The translations under genes and the position numbers were made by a program. DNA of 64,000 nucleotides, from NCBI GenBank assembly GCA_041178425.1, contig JBEGVH010000006.1, positions 219,643 to 283,642 of the forward strand, read 5' to 3'. The notes under the pieces are model-generated. The model saw nothing but the letters and a program-made list of their open reading frames with translations. It was not told the origin of the DNA and did not search any database. This document shows, piece after piece, positions 28,470-36,955 of this stretch. Position 1 is the first letter of the stretch. The number at the start of each line of letters is the position of its first letter. The DNA is from Pseudomonadota bacterium (GTDB taxonomy: Bacteria; Bdellovibrionota; Bdellovibrionia; Bdellovibrionales; Bdellovibrionaceae).

Positions 28470-30014
28470 ATGTTTATCCAAAAATCATTGCGTCGACGAT
28501 CACGCTCCTACATAGCCCTAAGCCTTTCGGTGGTGCTCATTTTGGAGCAACCTCTTTATGCGGGGGCAGCGGGCGCATCGAGTCCAACCGCCAATGGAAG
28601 CACCGTTAACAGTTCCGTCGCTGCGATGAAGGCAGCCGAAGCTGAGCCTAGTGAACCCCTTAATCCAGATTTGGTCTTGGTTCCCTTGTTTTGCGAGTCA
28701 CGAGTTCTTATGGAGTGTAGCTTCGAAAAAACTCTGGCCGATGCAGAAAAAAACAGAGCCGAAATTGAAGCCCTCAAAAAGGTTGACTGTTCCTCAACTA
28801 CTTTTGATGCGATTTTAGGATCTGTATCCTCAATCTTCTCCGCAGCACCCTCAGAAGGTGCAGCACAAAATGCGGCTACGGTAGCTGCCGGTGCCGCAGC
28901 GACTCAGACGGCAGCCGAAACAAAAAAATCCGAATGTGCGGCTAAGGTAGAGACTCAGATAGCGAGTCTTGAAAAAATTAAGGCATCCATCGAAGCTGAC
29001 AATGCAAAATGCGAATCATGGATTGCGCAGGTGGCGCAAAATTGTTTTCTCCAGGTCAAAGCCGAGCACTCTGCAGAGCTAGATCAGGGCGTCAGCGCTG
29101 CAACAATCGCCAGAAATGAGTCGCAGGCTAGGAATACGGCAGCCTTACAAAAGGCTAATGCCACTGCCGAATCATGGGTTGAAAAAACCACCGCCTTCCT
29201 TGAAAAATATGGATTTGTCATGCTCGCTGCCATTGGCGGTATCATTGGCCTCATCATGGCGCTCTCCAGCTCAGGAAAAAAGAAGCAAGATCTGTTTCAA
29301 AATCAAATGCCTAACACCACAGCTAACACCCCCTCAAACAAAAATCCCAACGGAAACAACAAGAATCCAGCCACCACAGATAACTCATCCGACAAGAACA
29401 ATTCTGTGACTGACAACTCTCGCGCTGGCGCCTGTGGTACCGACTTAAAACCTCTAGAGTGTTTTGTTTCGTCTGGTTGTGATTTAAAATGTGTCAGTGA
29501 TAAATACGGTGTTTCTAATTATGGAGGCATGGGCAACGACACCACTCGCATCGATAAGAATGGGCGAGCTGTCGATAGCACGAACTACAGCAATAAAAAC
29601 CCCGGTAATTCTGATAGCACTAATTCCTCACAAGCCGCCAACACCGGTAGCGGTGGCGCGAGTGGCGCTGGCAAAATCGGTGGCGGTTCTTCAGGCACCC
29701 CCAATGCACCTGGCGAGACGGGGTCTTCGAATTCGGAAGGAGTTGGGGCTCGTTCGGTCGTGAGTTCTGGCGGTGGAGACGGTGAAGGCTATGCCGCCGG
29801 CGGAGGTTCTGGGTACGGAGGCGGTGATGGCTCTGGTCGAGGACCTGCGAACGATCGCTATAAACCGGGCGATATCGTTACAAAGTCGCAGGCCTTAAAG
29901 AATGCAATGGCGAATGGTCCGATTCTTCCACCGACCTCAAATCTTTTTGAGAGAATTTGGACCACCACTCGCAACCAATGCATTCGCGACGAAGTGATTT
30001 GTCAGAGCAAATAA
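28470..30014 (+). CDS. Membrane-anchored Ala-rich and Gly/Ser/Asn-rich protein with Cys pairs
   Basis: Signal-like N-terminus, central TM (FVMLAAIGGIIGLIMAL), low-complexity C-terminus. Confidence 0.8.
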   Translation: MFIQKSLRRRSRSYIALSLSVVLILEQPLYAGAAGASSPTANGSTVNSSVAAMKAAEAEPSEPLNPDLVLVPLFCESRVLMECSFEKTLADAEKNRAEIEALKKVDCSSTTFDAILGSVSSIFSAAPSEGAAQNAATVAAGAAATQTAAETKKSECAAKVETQIASLEKIKASIEADNAKCESWIAQVAQNCFLQVKAEHSAELDQGVSAATIARNESQARNTAALQKANATAESWVEKTTAFLEKYGFVMLAAIGGIIGLIMALSSSGKKKQDLFQNQMPNTTANTPSNKNPNGNNKNPATTDNSSDKNNSVTDNSRAGACGTDLKPLECFVSSGCDLKCVSDKYGVSNYGGMGNDTTRIDKNGRAVDSTNYSNKNPGNSDSTNSSQAANTGSGGASGAGKIGGGSSGTPNAPGETGSSNSEGVGARSVVSSGGGDGEGYAAGGGSGYGGGDGSGRGPANDRYKPGDIVTKSQALKNAMANGPILPPTSNLFERIWTTTRNQCIRDEVICQSK

Positions 30015-30018
30015 TGAC

Positions 30019-32760
30019 TTACTTTTTCGCTGGCTCGAAGGTTTCGAACTTTTGCAAATCTTTTTGCGAGGGTTCGAAGTCGACTTGATTCATCCACGAA
30101 TCCCAAAGGAGCGAGCGGAACTCTTTTGGATCTAAGCCAAGCTCCACGAGGTGAGCCGTGATGGCCTGAAGCCATTCATCCACATTTCCCTTCCACTGAG
30201 CAACATCGGCCATATTGTACCGTTGAACCAAGAGAATTTTTTTATCGGCATTAAGCCCTTTATCAAGAAGTGCTCGAAAGTATTTGATCTGAAGAGCTGC
30301 CGTGGCTTCATTCACTGGAGCATCAAAAAACCGAGCCTCACCGCGATCGTAAACCTTGTTGAAATTTGGAAACCAATCCTGCTTTTGATTTCTGATGTCG
30401 AGGGTTTTTTCTAAATACTTCTCTGGAACAATAGACGTCATGAGAGCCGTAAGATTCAAGGGCACATACTTAGGCTTCCTGCCAACATAGGTGTTGAAAT
30501 AACGGATATCATAAAGAAGAGTGCCTAATTGCTTCCAATCGCCTTCGAATTCAAAAAGTCGGCGAGCTCCATCCTCCGAAACCCTCACTGGATAAGCCGC
30601 ATGCTGGCGCTTAGGATGCTGCCACAGAAACAAAATCAATGGCTCGTTCGATTCAAAATAGCTAATCAAGTTTATCAATCGACGAGTGCCCTCTTTGGCT
30701 GGAAAATTCTTCATGAGCGGAGTTAAATCAAAATTAACATGAGCTCCACCCGCCGAGCGCCGTGGTTCCAAACCCCGCTGCCGAGACTCTTTATAGAGCT
30801 CTCGTATGCTTCCATCGATGGACTGCGGAGAAAATTTAGGTGTCACCACTTCGATGTGACCTCCCCAAGCGTTCGTCACATTACCATCGGCATCGTAATT
30901 ACGTTGAATACCATCCCACTCAAAGCGCCAAGCTTGACCATCACGATCGATTACTTTGTACTTTACAGCGATACCATGACCGTGACCTTCAGTTTCTGTT
31001 TTCTCGATCTCACCTTGACCTTCGCGTTTTGAAAACTGTTCGGCAAAACCTCGAATATTGAGGTCGGCTTGCTCTCGAGTTTCAGGATTCATTTCAAAGG
31101 GCATCCTGAACGAATACTCTATTCCGAGGTCGAGCTGATTGATATTTAATGGTCCCTTTGAGGCCTTAATGGCAATGCTTGGAATTTGCATGGGACGTGG
31201 ACGCAAATATCGCTCAAAATCTAAATCAAGACGGGTTTTTGTGCTAAAAACATAAACGGCCATTTGAAGATTTTCAAGAGCTTCAGCTCGAAGCTCAGAC
31301 ACTGACTTGGTTCCAGCTGACACGGACTTTAAAAAATTATCGGCAATAGCCACCAGTTTTTTTAAATAGATGTTTTGCTCGTCCGCAAAAAGCTTTCCTT
31401 TATAACCCAAAGAAAGGCGATTTTGCCACGGCAATAGAGGACTCAAAATTCGATTTCGAAAGTGATTTTTTGCATTCGCATGGGCTGACCATTTCATGTT
31501 GGGATGAGCCGCCTCAAAACTCTCGATGAGTTTGAGTTGAGCTTCGGTGATTGAACGACTATCTAGCCAGGGCGAGATGATTTCGCGCATCGATGCTGAT
31601 GGATTAAACTCATAACTTTGATAGTCTTTTAACCCCGAATAGTCGCCCGTTTCGAGTCGTGCAATTAAAAGGTTCTCAATAAATTCTCTTTTATTGCCTT
31701 TGTTGCCACTCCGAATCTCCCAGTCAGGAACCATGCCCTCTTGTTCTGGAATCTCTGCGGCGGCAGAAAAACTGCGCGCTCCAATCATGCGGTACTTATC
31801 TTTAAATTTCTCTGGTTGGTCTTTGATCAAGGCTTTTTGAAGGCGATCGAGAGAACGTCTTGTGTAAACCCCGAGAAACGGATGCGCCAGAACACTATCA
31901 ACCTCTTCGGGATTTCGGTTCATTTGACGCCAAAAAAGGTACCAAGTTGAAGAATCGAGAAGCTCGATATAGTACGGCGCGATTTCTTTTCGAAGCCCCA
32001 ATTCTGAAGGCCAAGCATGAAAGAGGTGTTGGTGACCGATTTTACCCTCGAGATATTGCTCGACTTGATCGCGTAGCTCATGAAACTGCACGCGATCAAC
32101 AACCCCACGAGACAACCTTACCTCATAAGAGCCAAGATCATCACCCACCGTCACGAGTGGTGGAGCCTTAGAACCGGCGGCAATATCATTGAAGTTGAGA
32201 AAATCAAACTCAAAAAGAAAACTTCGATCCTTCACAGACAGCAGCTCGAAGGGGTTTTCACGATTTAAAAGGAGGTCCATTTTTTGTTCGAGGGTGGCCG
32301 ACACCCAGAATTGCTCACCCACTTTGGGTGCCTCAATTTTAAGGTTGTTCAGCCAACCATGAAGGCGACGCTCTCCCGTTAGAGTTTTCTCTTCTTCAAA
32401 ACGAGCTTTGAGCTTTTGAATTCCCGAAGGCCTTAAAATTGGAAACCATTCGGCGATTTCTTCGTAAAATAAGCCCTCTTTTTCGAAACTTCGCACAATG
32501 GGAACGGAGGTTCCAAAGGATCGGTCTCCGACTGAAGTTAAAGGACGATGAAGGTGAACTTCTCTATTAAAAATTCCAAGACTTTCAAACTTTGAAAAGG
32601 CAGTCGAGTCTTCCAAAAACAAAGAGCGACAGCGAAGCGCGAATTCAGCATCGGCAGCCAGCCCCTTCGACCAGGAACCATTCAAAACAATAATAGCGAC
32701 AAGGTAATGCCAGATCCGTCCAGTCACGTTCAGCAATCGCATTCGTTCCTCCAGAGTCAT
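30019..32760 (-). CDS. Large protein with amidoligase (COOH-NH2 ligase)-like motifs
   Basis: LGIEYSF, IEVVTP, GGAHVNF and EARFF motifs; a similar set in the N-half. Confidence 0.6.
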   Translation of the reverse strand: MTLEERMRLLNVTGRIWHYLVAIIVLNGSWSKGLAADAEFALRCRSLFLEDSTAFSKFESLGIFNREVHLHRPLTSVGDRSFGTSVPIVRSFEKEGLFYEEIAEWFPILRPSGIQKLKARFEEEKTLTGERRLHGWLNNLKIEAPKVGEQFWVSATLEQKMDLLLNRENPFELLSVKDRSFLFEFDFLNFNDIAAGSKAPPLVTVGDDLGSYEVRLSRGVVDRVQFHELRDQVEQYLEGKIGHQHLFHAWPSELGLRKEIAPYYIELLDSSTWYLFWRQMNRNPEEVDSVLAHPFLGVYTRRSLDRLQKALIKDQPEKFKDKYRMIGARSFSAAAEIPEQEGMVPDWEIRSGNKGNKREFIENLLIARLETGDYSGLKDYQSYEFNPSASMREIISPWLDSRSITEAQLKLIESFEAAHPNMKWSAHANAKNHFRNRILSPLLPWQNRLSLGYKGKLFADEQNIYLKKLVAIADNFLKSVSAGTKSVSELRAEALENLQMAVYVFSTKTRLDLDFERYLRPRPMQIPSIAIKASKGPLNINQLDLGIEYSFRMPFEMNPETREQADLNIRGFAEQFSKREGQGEIEKTETEGHGHGIAVKYKVIDRDGQAWRFEWDGIQRNYDADGNVTNAWGGHIEVVTPKFSPQSIDGSIRELYKESRQRGLEPRRSAGGAHVNFDLTPLMKNFPAKEGTRRLINLISYFESNEPLILFLWQHPKRQHAAYPVRVSEDGARRLFEFEGDWKQLGTLLYDIRYFNTYVGRKPKYVPLNLTALMTSIVPEKYLEKTLDIRNQKQDWFPNFNKVYDRGEARFFDAPVNEATAALQIKYFRALLDKGLNADKKILLVQRYNMADVAQWKGNVDEWLQAITAHLVELGLDPKEFRSLLWDSWMNQVDFEPSQKDLQKFETFEPAKK

Positions 32761-32931
32761 CGTTCTTTAAGTGCGCTCCACTCAGTGCACCGACCATGCC
32801 AACCCCCCTTTCAACTAAACCAAGTTTGTTGATCCTCTTTGCCAATTTAGGCACTATTAAGACAAAAAAAGGCGCCTCCCAAAAGGCCTGGAACCTAGAC
32901 TGGGACGCCTCGGGGTTATTAAAAAGATTTT

Positions 32932-34551
32932 ATGGGCAATTTTACTAGGTCCGTTGTCTTACTGATAAAGCTCTGCTACATCGGTGCACTCTTTATGAGG
33001 TTCTTTTCCATGAAACAGGTTAAACACTTAGGCACGTTCATTTTGATGGCAACCTTGACCTTTTCGCACCCCTCGCTTGCCGAGGAGGTCGATGATTTTA
33101 CTTCACCCATCGATCAACCTTCTGACGCCGCCCCTGTTCTGGATCTCGCCACCAACGCTCTTTTAGACGATCTCATTGTTTTACTCAATAAAAGCGCCAA
33201 AGGCTGCAACGACCCTTTAAAGTATGAACTCGCCACCAAAAAGCTCGATCAGAACTTTACGGCGATTGGCAATGGCCTGCGAGCGGGCCCCGAAATTAGA
33301 GAGCTTCTTCAAAAACTAAAACAAGATCCAACCCATAAAAATCGCTATAAAAAGCGCATGCGCCAGGTGGAAGAGGTTTGGTTGGCGGAGTTTCCCATCG
33401 GAAAACGAGAAATTTTTTCGCAACTGTTTAGTTCTATTGATTACTTTGGCCAACGAAAAATCGAAGACAGTGTTTATCATGGAATGGATTATCCTACCTG
33501 CTGCACCTCGCGTATCAATCTCAATGGCGTATTTGTGGGCCTCGATAAGGTTGATCATTTTTTTGGAAACGGTGGTTTACTCTTTGAACAACTCCTAAAA
33601 ATCACCCCCAGCGATCTCCCTCTCGCGATCAAGCTTAAAAAAATTATGGACATCAATGTTCGCCAAGAACATTCTCTCTGGGGCCTGAAGGGTTTGAGCC
33701 CAAAATCTTACGGTGATCTGGCCTCAAACTGGCAGGGCGTAAAATTTTATCGCCGTCTCTTTGATGTTGCACCCAATTATATTCAATGTTCAGACGGGGT
33801 TTTCAAAAAGAATCCACGGACTACTTTTCATATTGCCGACTACGTCGATGAACTTTGGAATGAATCCTTCAATTGTTCTTCCTTTATCAGCGAAAATGAT
33901 TATGACCGTTTCAAAAAAAATCTTTCGATGATGGGCCTTTCTTGTCCTCGTAATCAAAGAACCTGTGACCGCCTGATCAAAAGACACAAGGCAGACCCCC
34001 TCTTCATTACTCACGCCGTAAACCCGGCTTGCAGTGGCAGCGAGCCAAATTTCAAATTTGTAGAAAATCCAGAACTCATCACTTGGGAAGAAGTTGGACT
34101 TTCACTCCGGGGTTTTACTTGGCCCATCATTAAAGATCTCGCCGTGCAAAAAGGAGGCGAATTCGTTGAAAAAGTTCGTCTTCGCTATTCATCAAAACAT
34201 CACAAAAAAGATCCTCAATTAAGCGATGGTCGCGAAGCCTTTGACCAATTACGCCTTTGCAACCAAACAAATGAAGCGGCCCGATTAGACTGTCTCCAGC
34301 GCTACACCGAACCTGGTTTGGCACCCGACCAGATTAACAAGTTTAGTGCCATGACCGACCATCAGATCGACATGTCTCCTCTCGACTATTGCCCACCCGA
34401 CGCTGAAAAAAGTGAAGCAGCTCTTCATCCGAAACCTATTGGTGACTTCAGTTTGTGTTTTAAGACCAACTACAAAACCTACGAATCTATCGGGCGCGTC
34501 TACTTCCGTAAAAACAACGACGGCCCTAAAATCCTCCTCATGCGCTACTAG
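32932..34551 (+). CDS. Secreted hypothetical protein (start probably ~33010)
   Basis: Signal peptide ending SLA; GLDKVDHFF and SYGDLASN motifs; many Cys. Confidence 0.75.
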   Translation: MGNFTRSVVLLIKLCYIGALFMRFFSMKQVKHLGTFILMATLTFSHPSLAEEVDDFTSPIDQPSDAAPVLDLATNALLDDLIVLLNKSAKGCNDPLKYELATKKLDQNFTAIGNGLRAGPEIRELLQKLKQDPTHKNRYKKRMRQVEEVWLAEFPIGKREIFSQLFSSIDYFGQRKIEDSVYHGMDYPTCCTSRINLNGVFVGLDKVDHFFGNGGLLFEQLLKITPSDLPLAIKLKKIMDINVRQEHSLWGLKGLSPKSYGDLASNWQGVKFYRRLFDVAPNYIQCSDGVFKKNPRTTFHIADYVDELWNESFNCSSFISENDYDRFKKNLSMMGLSCPRNQRTCDRLIKRHKADPLFITHAVNPACSGSEPNFKFVENPELITWEEVGLSLRGFTWPIIKDLAVQKGGEFVEKVRLRYSSKHHKKDPQLSDGREAFDQLRLCNQTNEAARLDCLQRYTEPGLAPDQINKFSAMTDHQIDMSPLDYCPPDAEKSEAALHPKPIGDFSLCFKTNYKTYESIGRVYFRKNNDGPKILLMRY

Positions 34552-34600
34552 GATTTCATCCCTCCAAATAAAGTCGACCTATCCCTTTTTTACCAAGACT

Positions 34601-34762
34601 CCCTTCTCGCAAAGTCTTTTTGCCAAGATATAGAAGATCTGAGGGCTCCGGCGAACGTGATGTGATGGCCGTTCCCGCTAGGGAGCGGCCACGCCGGCGG
34701 AGGCCATGGAATGGCCGTCCCGAAGAATTCTATATCTTGGCAAAAAGACCTACCGAGAAGGG
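34601..34762. repeat. Structured intergenic element, copy B (core 34639-34725)
   Basis: Core matches copy A; perfect 22-bp arms 34614-34635 / 34728-34749; lies between convergent genes. Confidence 0.85.
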
Positions 34763-34767
34763 GGCCT

Positions 34768-35481
34768 CTACACCTTGGCACCAGTGTTCGAATCGAAGAC
34801 TGCCGTGGTAGAATCCCGTTTACCGAGGAAGCCTGGTCGTTTTTCAACGATGAATTCAGCGGATTGGAGTGTTCGCTTCAGGTTGCCTGTGCAAGCATAC
34901 GTGGCGAACACAGACTGGTCTTGGACCACTTGTTTAAGGAAGAGTGCGAGGAATTCGGGAGTCCAGAGCTCGGGTGTGGTTTTTCCACTAAACGCATCAA
35001 AGAGCAAAGCGTGGTAATGAGCGGATGGAAGGCTTTGATCTTCGAGGGCGCCGCGGATCTCCCAATCCCCTCTTTTATAGGCCTGAGCAAGCGCCGACTT
35101 AATATCTATTTCAGGATAATCTTTTTGAAAGAATTCGTAGAGTTTATCATAAACGGCTTCTTGGCGTTCTCCGCTGAGCCAACCTAAAAAGGCCTCAACC
35201 AACTCAGGTTTGATTTCGTAGGAGAGGAGCTTTAACTGTTTATTGTTTTTTAGCGCCTCAGCCATAGCCAAGAGTTCAATATAGCCAAGTCCAAGCCCCA
35301 CCACTAGCACCTTCCAAGGCGTGAGTGCGGGCCATTTCTGCAAACGACGAATAGCATCCCCATAGATATACTGAGTTTCTGCATAGGCTCCACCTAAATG
35401 GTGCATCGGTTCATTGTCGCCACGAAGGCTGGGGCTGCCGTCGCCTGTCCATAAGATTTCAAAAGAACAAAGTTTTTCCAA
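34768..35481 (-). CDS. Stand-alone MnmC methyltransferase-domain protein (MnmD-like)
   Basis: TGDGSPSL, GAYAETQYIY, GLGLG, FDAFS..TPELW and KRPGFLGKR motifs; no FAD domain. Confidence 0.8.
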   Translation of the reverse strand: MEKLCSFEILWTGDGSPSLRGDNEPMHHLGGAYAETQYIYGDAIRRLQKWPALTPWKVLVVGLGLGYIELLAMAEALKNNKQLKLLSYEIKPELVEAFLGWLSGERQEAVYDKLYEFFQKDYPEIDIKSALAQAYKRGDWEIRGALEDQSLPSAHYHALLFDAFSGKTTPELWTPEFLALFLKQVVQDQSVFATYACTGNLKRTLQSAEFIVEKRPGFLGKRDSTTAVFDSNTGAKV

Positions 35482-35531
35482 AAAGTGCCCCTTTCGTTGA
35501 CATTGACGGGTGAGTTCTCTATCACGCCCCT

Positions 35532-36533
35532 ATGGAAAAAAATTGGGCCGGCCTTCCCTACTATCCCATCAGTCAGTTTTATTCCCATCGTTTCGGGGGT
35601 AAAGTCTATAAAATTCCCGTCTCTGTGGTGGATAATTGCCCCAACCGCATGGGCCTCAAAGGCATGGAAACCTGTGTTTTTTGTGATGTTTGGGGTTCTG
35701 CAGCCAAGAGTGAATCCTTCTCAATGACTCTTGATGAACAAATCACTAAGTACCATTCAGCCATCAAAACAAAGTACAAGGCCGAACACTTCTTGGTTTA
35801 CTTTCAAGCCTACACCAATACGTTCTCGAAAGTTCAAACCCTGAGGGATAATTTTGAGAAAGCCCTGAGCTATGATTTTGTCAAAGGCTTGGTTATTGGC
35901 ACTAGGCCAGATTGCCTGAGTCCCGCTGTGTTTAAAATGTGGAACGATTTCAATGAGCGCGCTTTTGTTGCCGTTGAATTAGGAGTGCAGAGTTTTTTTG
36001 ATGACCATCTACAGTTTTTGAAGCGCGGCCACACTCGCGCTCAAACATTAAGTGCTATTCACAAAATTGCCGAAAACACCAAAGTGGACCTGGGAATTCA
36101 TTTGATGTTTGGAAACCCTGGCGAAACCGATGAACAGATTATTGAGACCGCCGATATTATCAATCATCTTCCCATCACGAATGTTAAACTACACAATCTT
36201 CATGTTCTTAAACACACGCCCCTCGAAGATATTTATCAACGAGGCGAGTTTGCTCCCATTGAGCGCGAACTGTACGCCCACCGAGTTAAAGTTTTCTTAA
36301 AACATCTCTCTCCGCGCGTAGCGGTCCACCGGCTAGCCGCCCTCTCCTCTCGTTGGGACGAACTCATCGCTCCGCAATGGACACGCGACAAAATGGGCAC
36401 CCACCAATTTATTATCGACACCATCCGAAGTGATTGTTCGTACCAAAGCCAATGCTATAGCCCTCAAAACGAGGAAGAAGGCGCTATGAGTTTGGCCCTT
36501 CAGGCACAATCCGCTCCCCGTTCCGCGCCTTAG
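35532..36533 (+). CDS. Radical SAM protein, TIGR01212/YhcC/YtqA family
   Basis: CPNR..CVFC, YFQAYTNT, GTRPDC, VELGVQS and KLHNLHVLK motifs. Confidence 0.9.
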   Translation: MEKNWAGLPYYPISQFYSHRFGGKVYKIPVSVVDNCPNRMGLKGMETCVFCDVWGSAAKSESFSMTLDEQITKYHSAIKTKYKAEHFLVYFQAYTNTFSKVQTLRDNFEKALSYDFVKGLVIGTRPDCLSPAVFKMWNDFNERAFVAVELGVQSFFDDHLQFLKRGHTRAQTLSAIHKIAENTKVDLGIHLMFGNPGETDEQIIETADIINHLPITNVKLHNLHVLKHTPLEDIYQRGEFAPIERELYAHRVKVFLKHLSPRVAVHRLAALSSRWDELIAPQWTRDKMGTHQFIIDTIRSDCSYQSQCYSPQNEEEGAMSLALQAQSAPRSAP

Positions 36534-36751
36534 GCTAACTCCTTTGACCCTGGATTCAAAAAAACCGGGGATCAACCTAGTCCTTTGTCACCTAAAAAAA
36601 TGGGGTGATGAGCAGTGTTATTAAGATTTTTCCTCGACCTTTGCCCCGTTTTTCATCGCACCTTGCGAAAAGCTAAATTTTTTTTTTGAAAAATTTGACT
36701 GCACCCGAAAAAAAGTTGAGCTTTGAGTTATCGGACCATTTAGCTCAAAAA

Positions 36752-36799
36752 GAACTAACTATTGAGGTAAGAACAGAATGTTTGTACTAGATATAGTAA
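36752..36799. promoter_or_regulatory. Tandem NrdR boxes
   Basis: gaaCTAACTATTGagg (36752-36767) and gtaCTAGATATAGtaa (36784-36799), 32 bp apart, upstream of nrdA; resemble acaCwAtATaTwGtg. Confidence 0.75.
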
Positions 36800-36955
36800 A
36801 GATAGAAAGAGCGATTAATGTAAATACGATCGACCAAGGTCTAGTTTTTCTGATTCCTAACAAGAGTCAGAAAGTGATTCCCACCTAGACCAGGCAATTC
36901 AGCGAAAAGCTGAAAAGGGAATCTTTTTCTTAAAATTTATTCAGGGAGGACTGAA

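Noticed and set aside
36838..36900. Cobalamin riboswitch upstream of nrdAB
   Set aside because: GAGTCAGAA..AGACC is only a faint B12-box echo; the GGGAA/GCCACTG core elements are absent.
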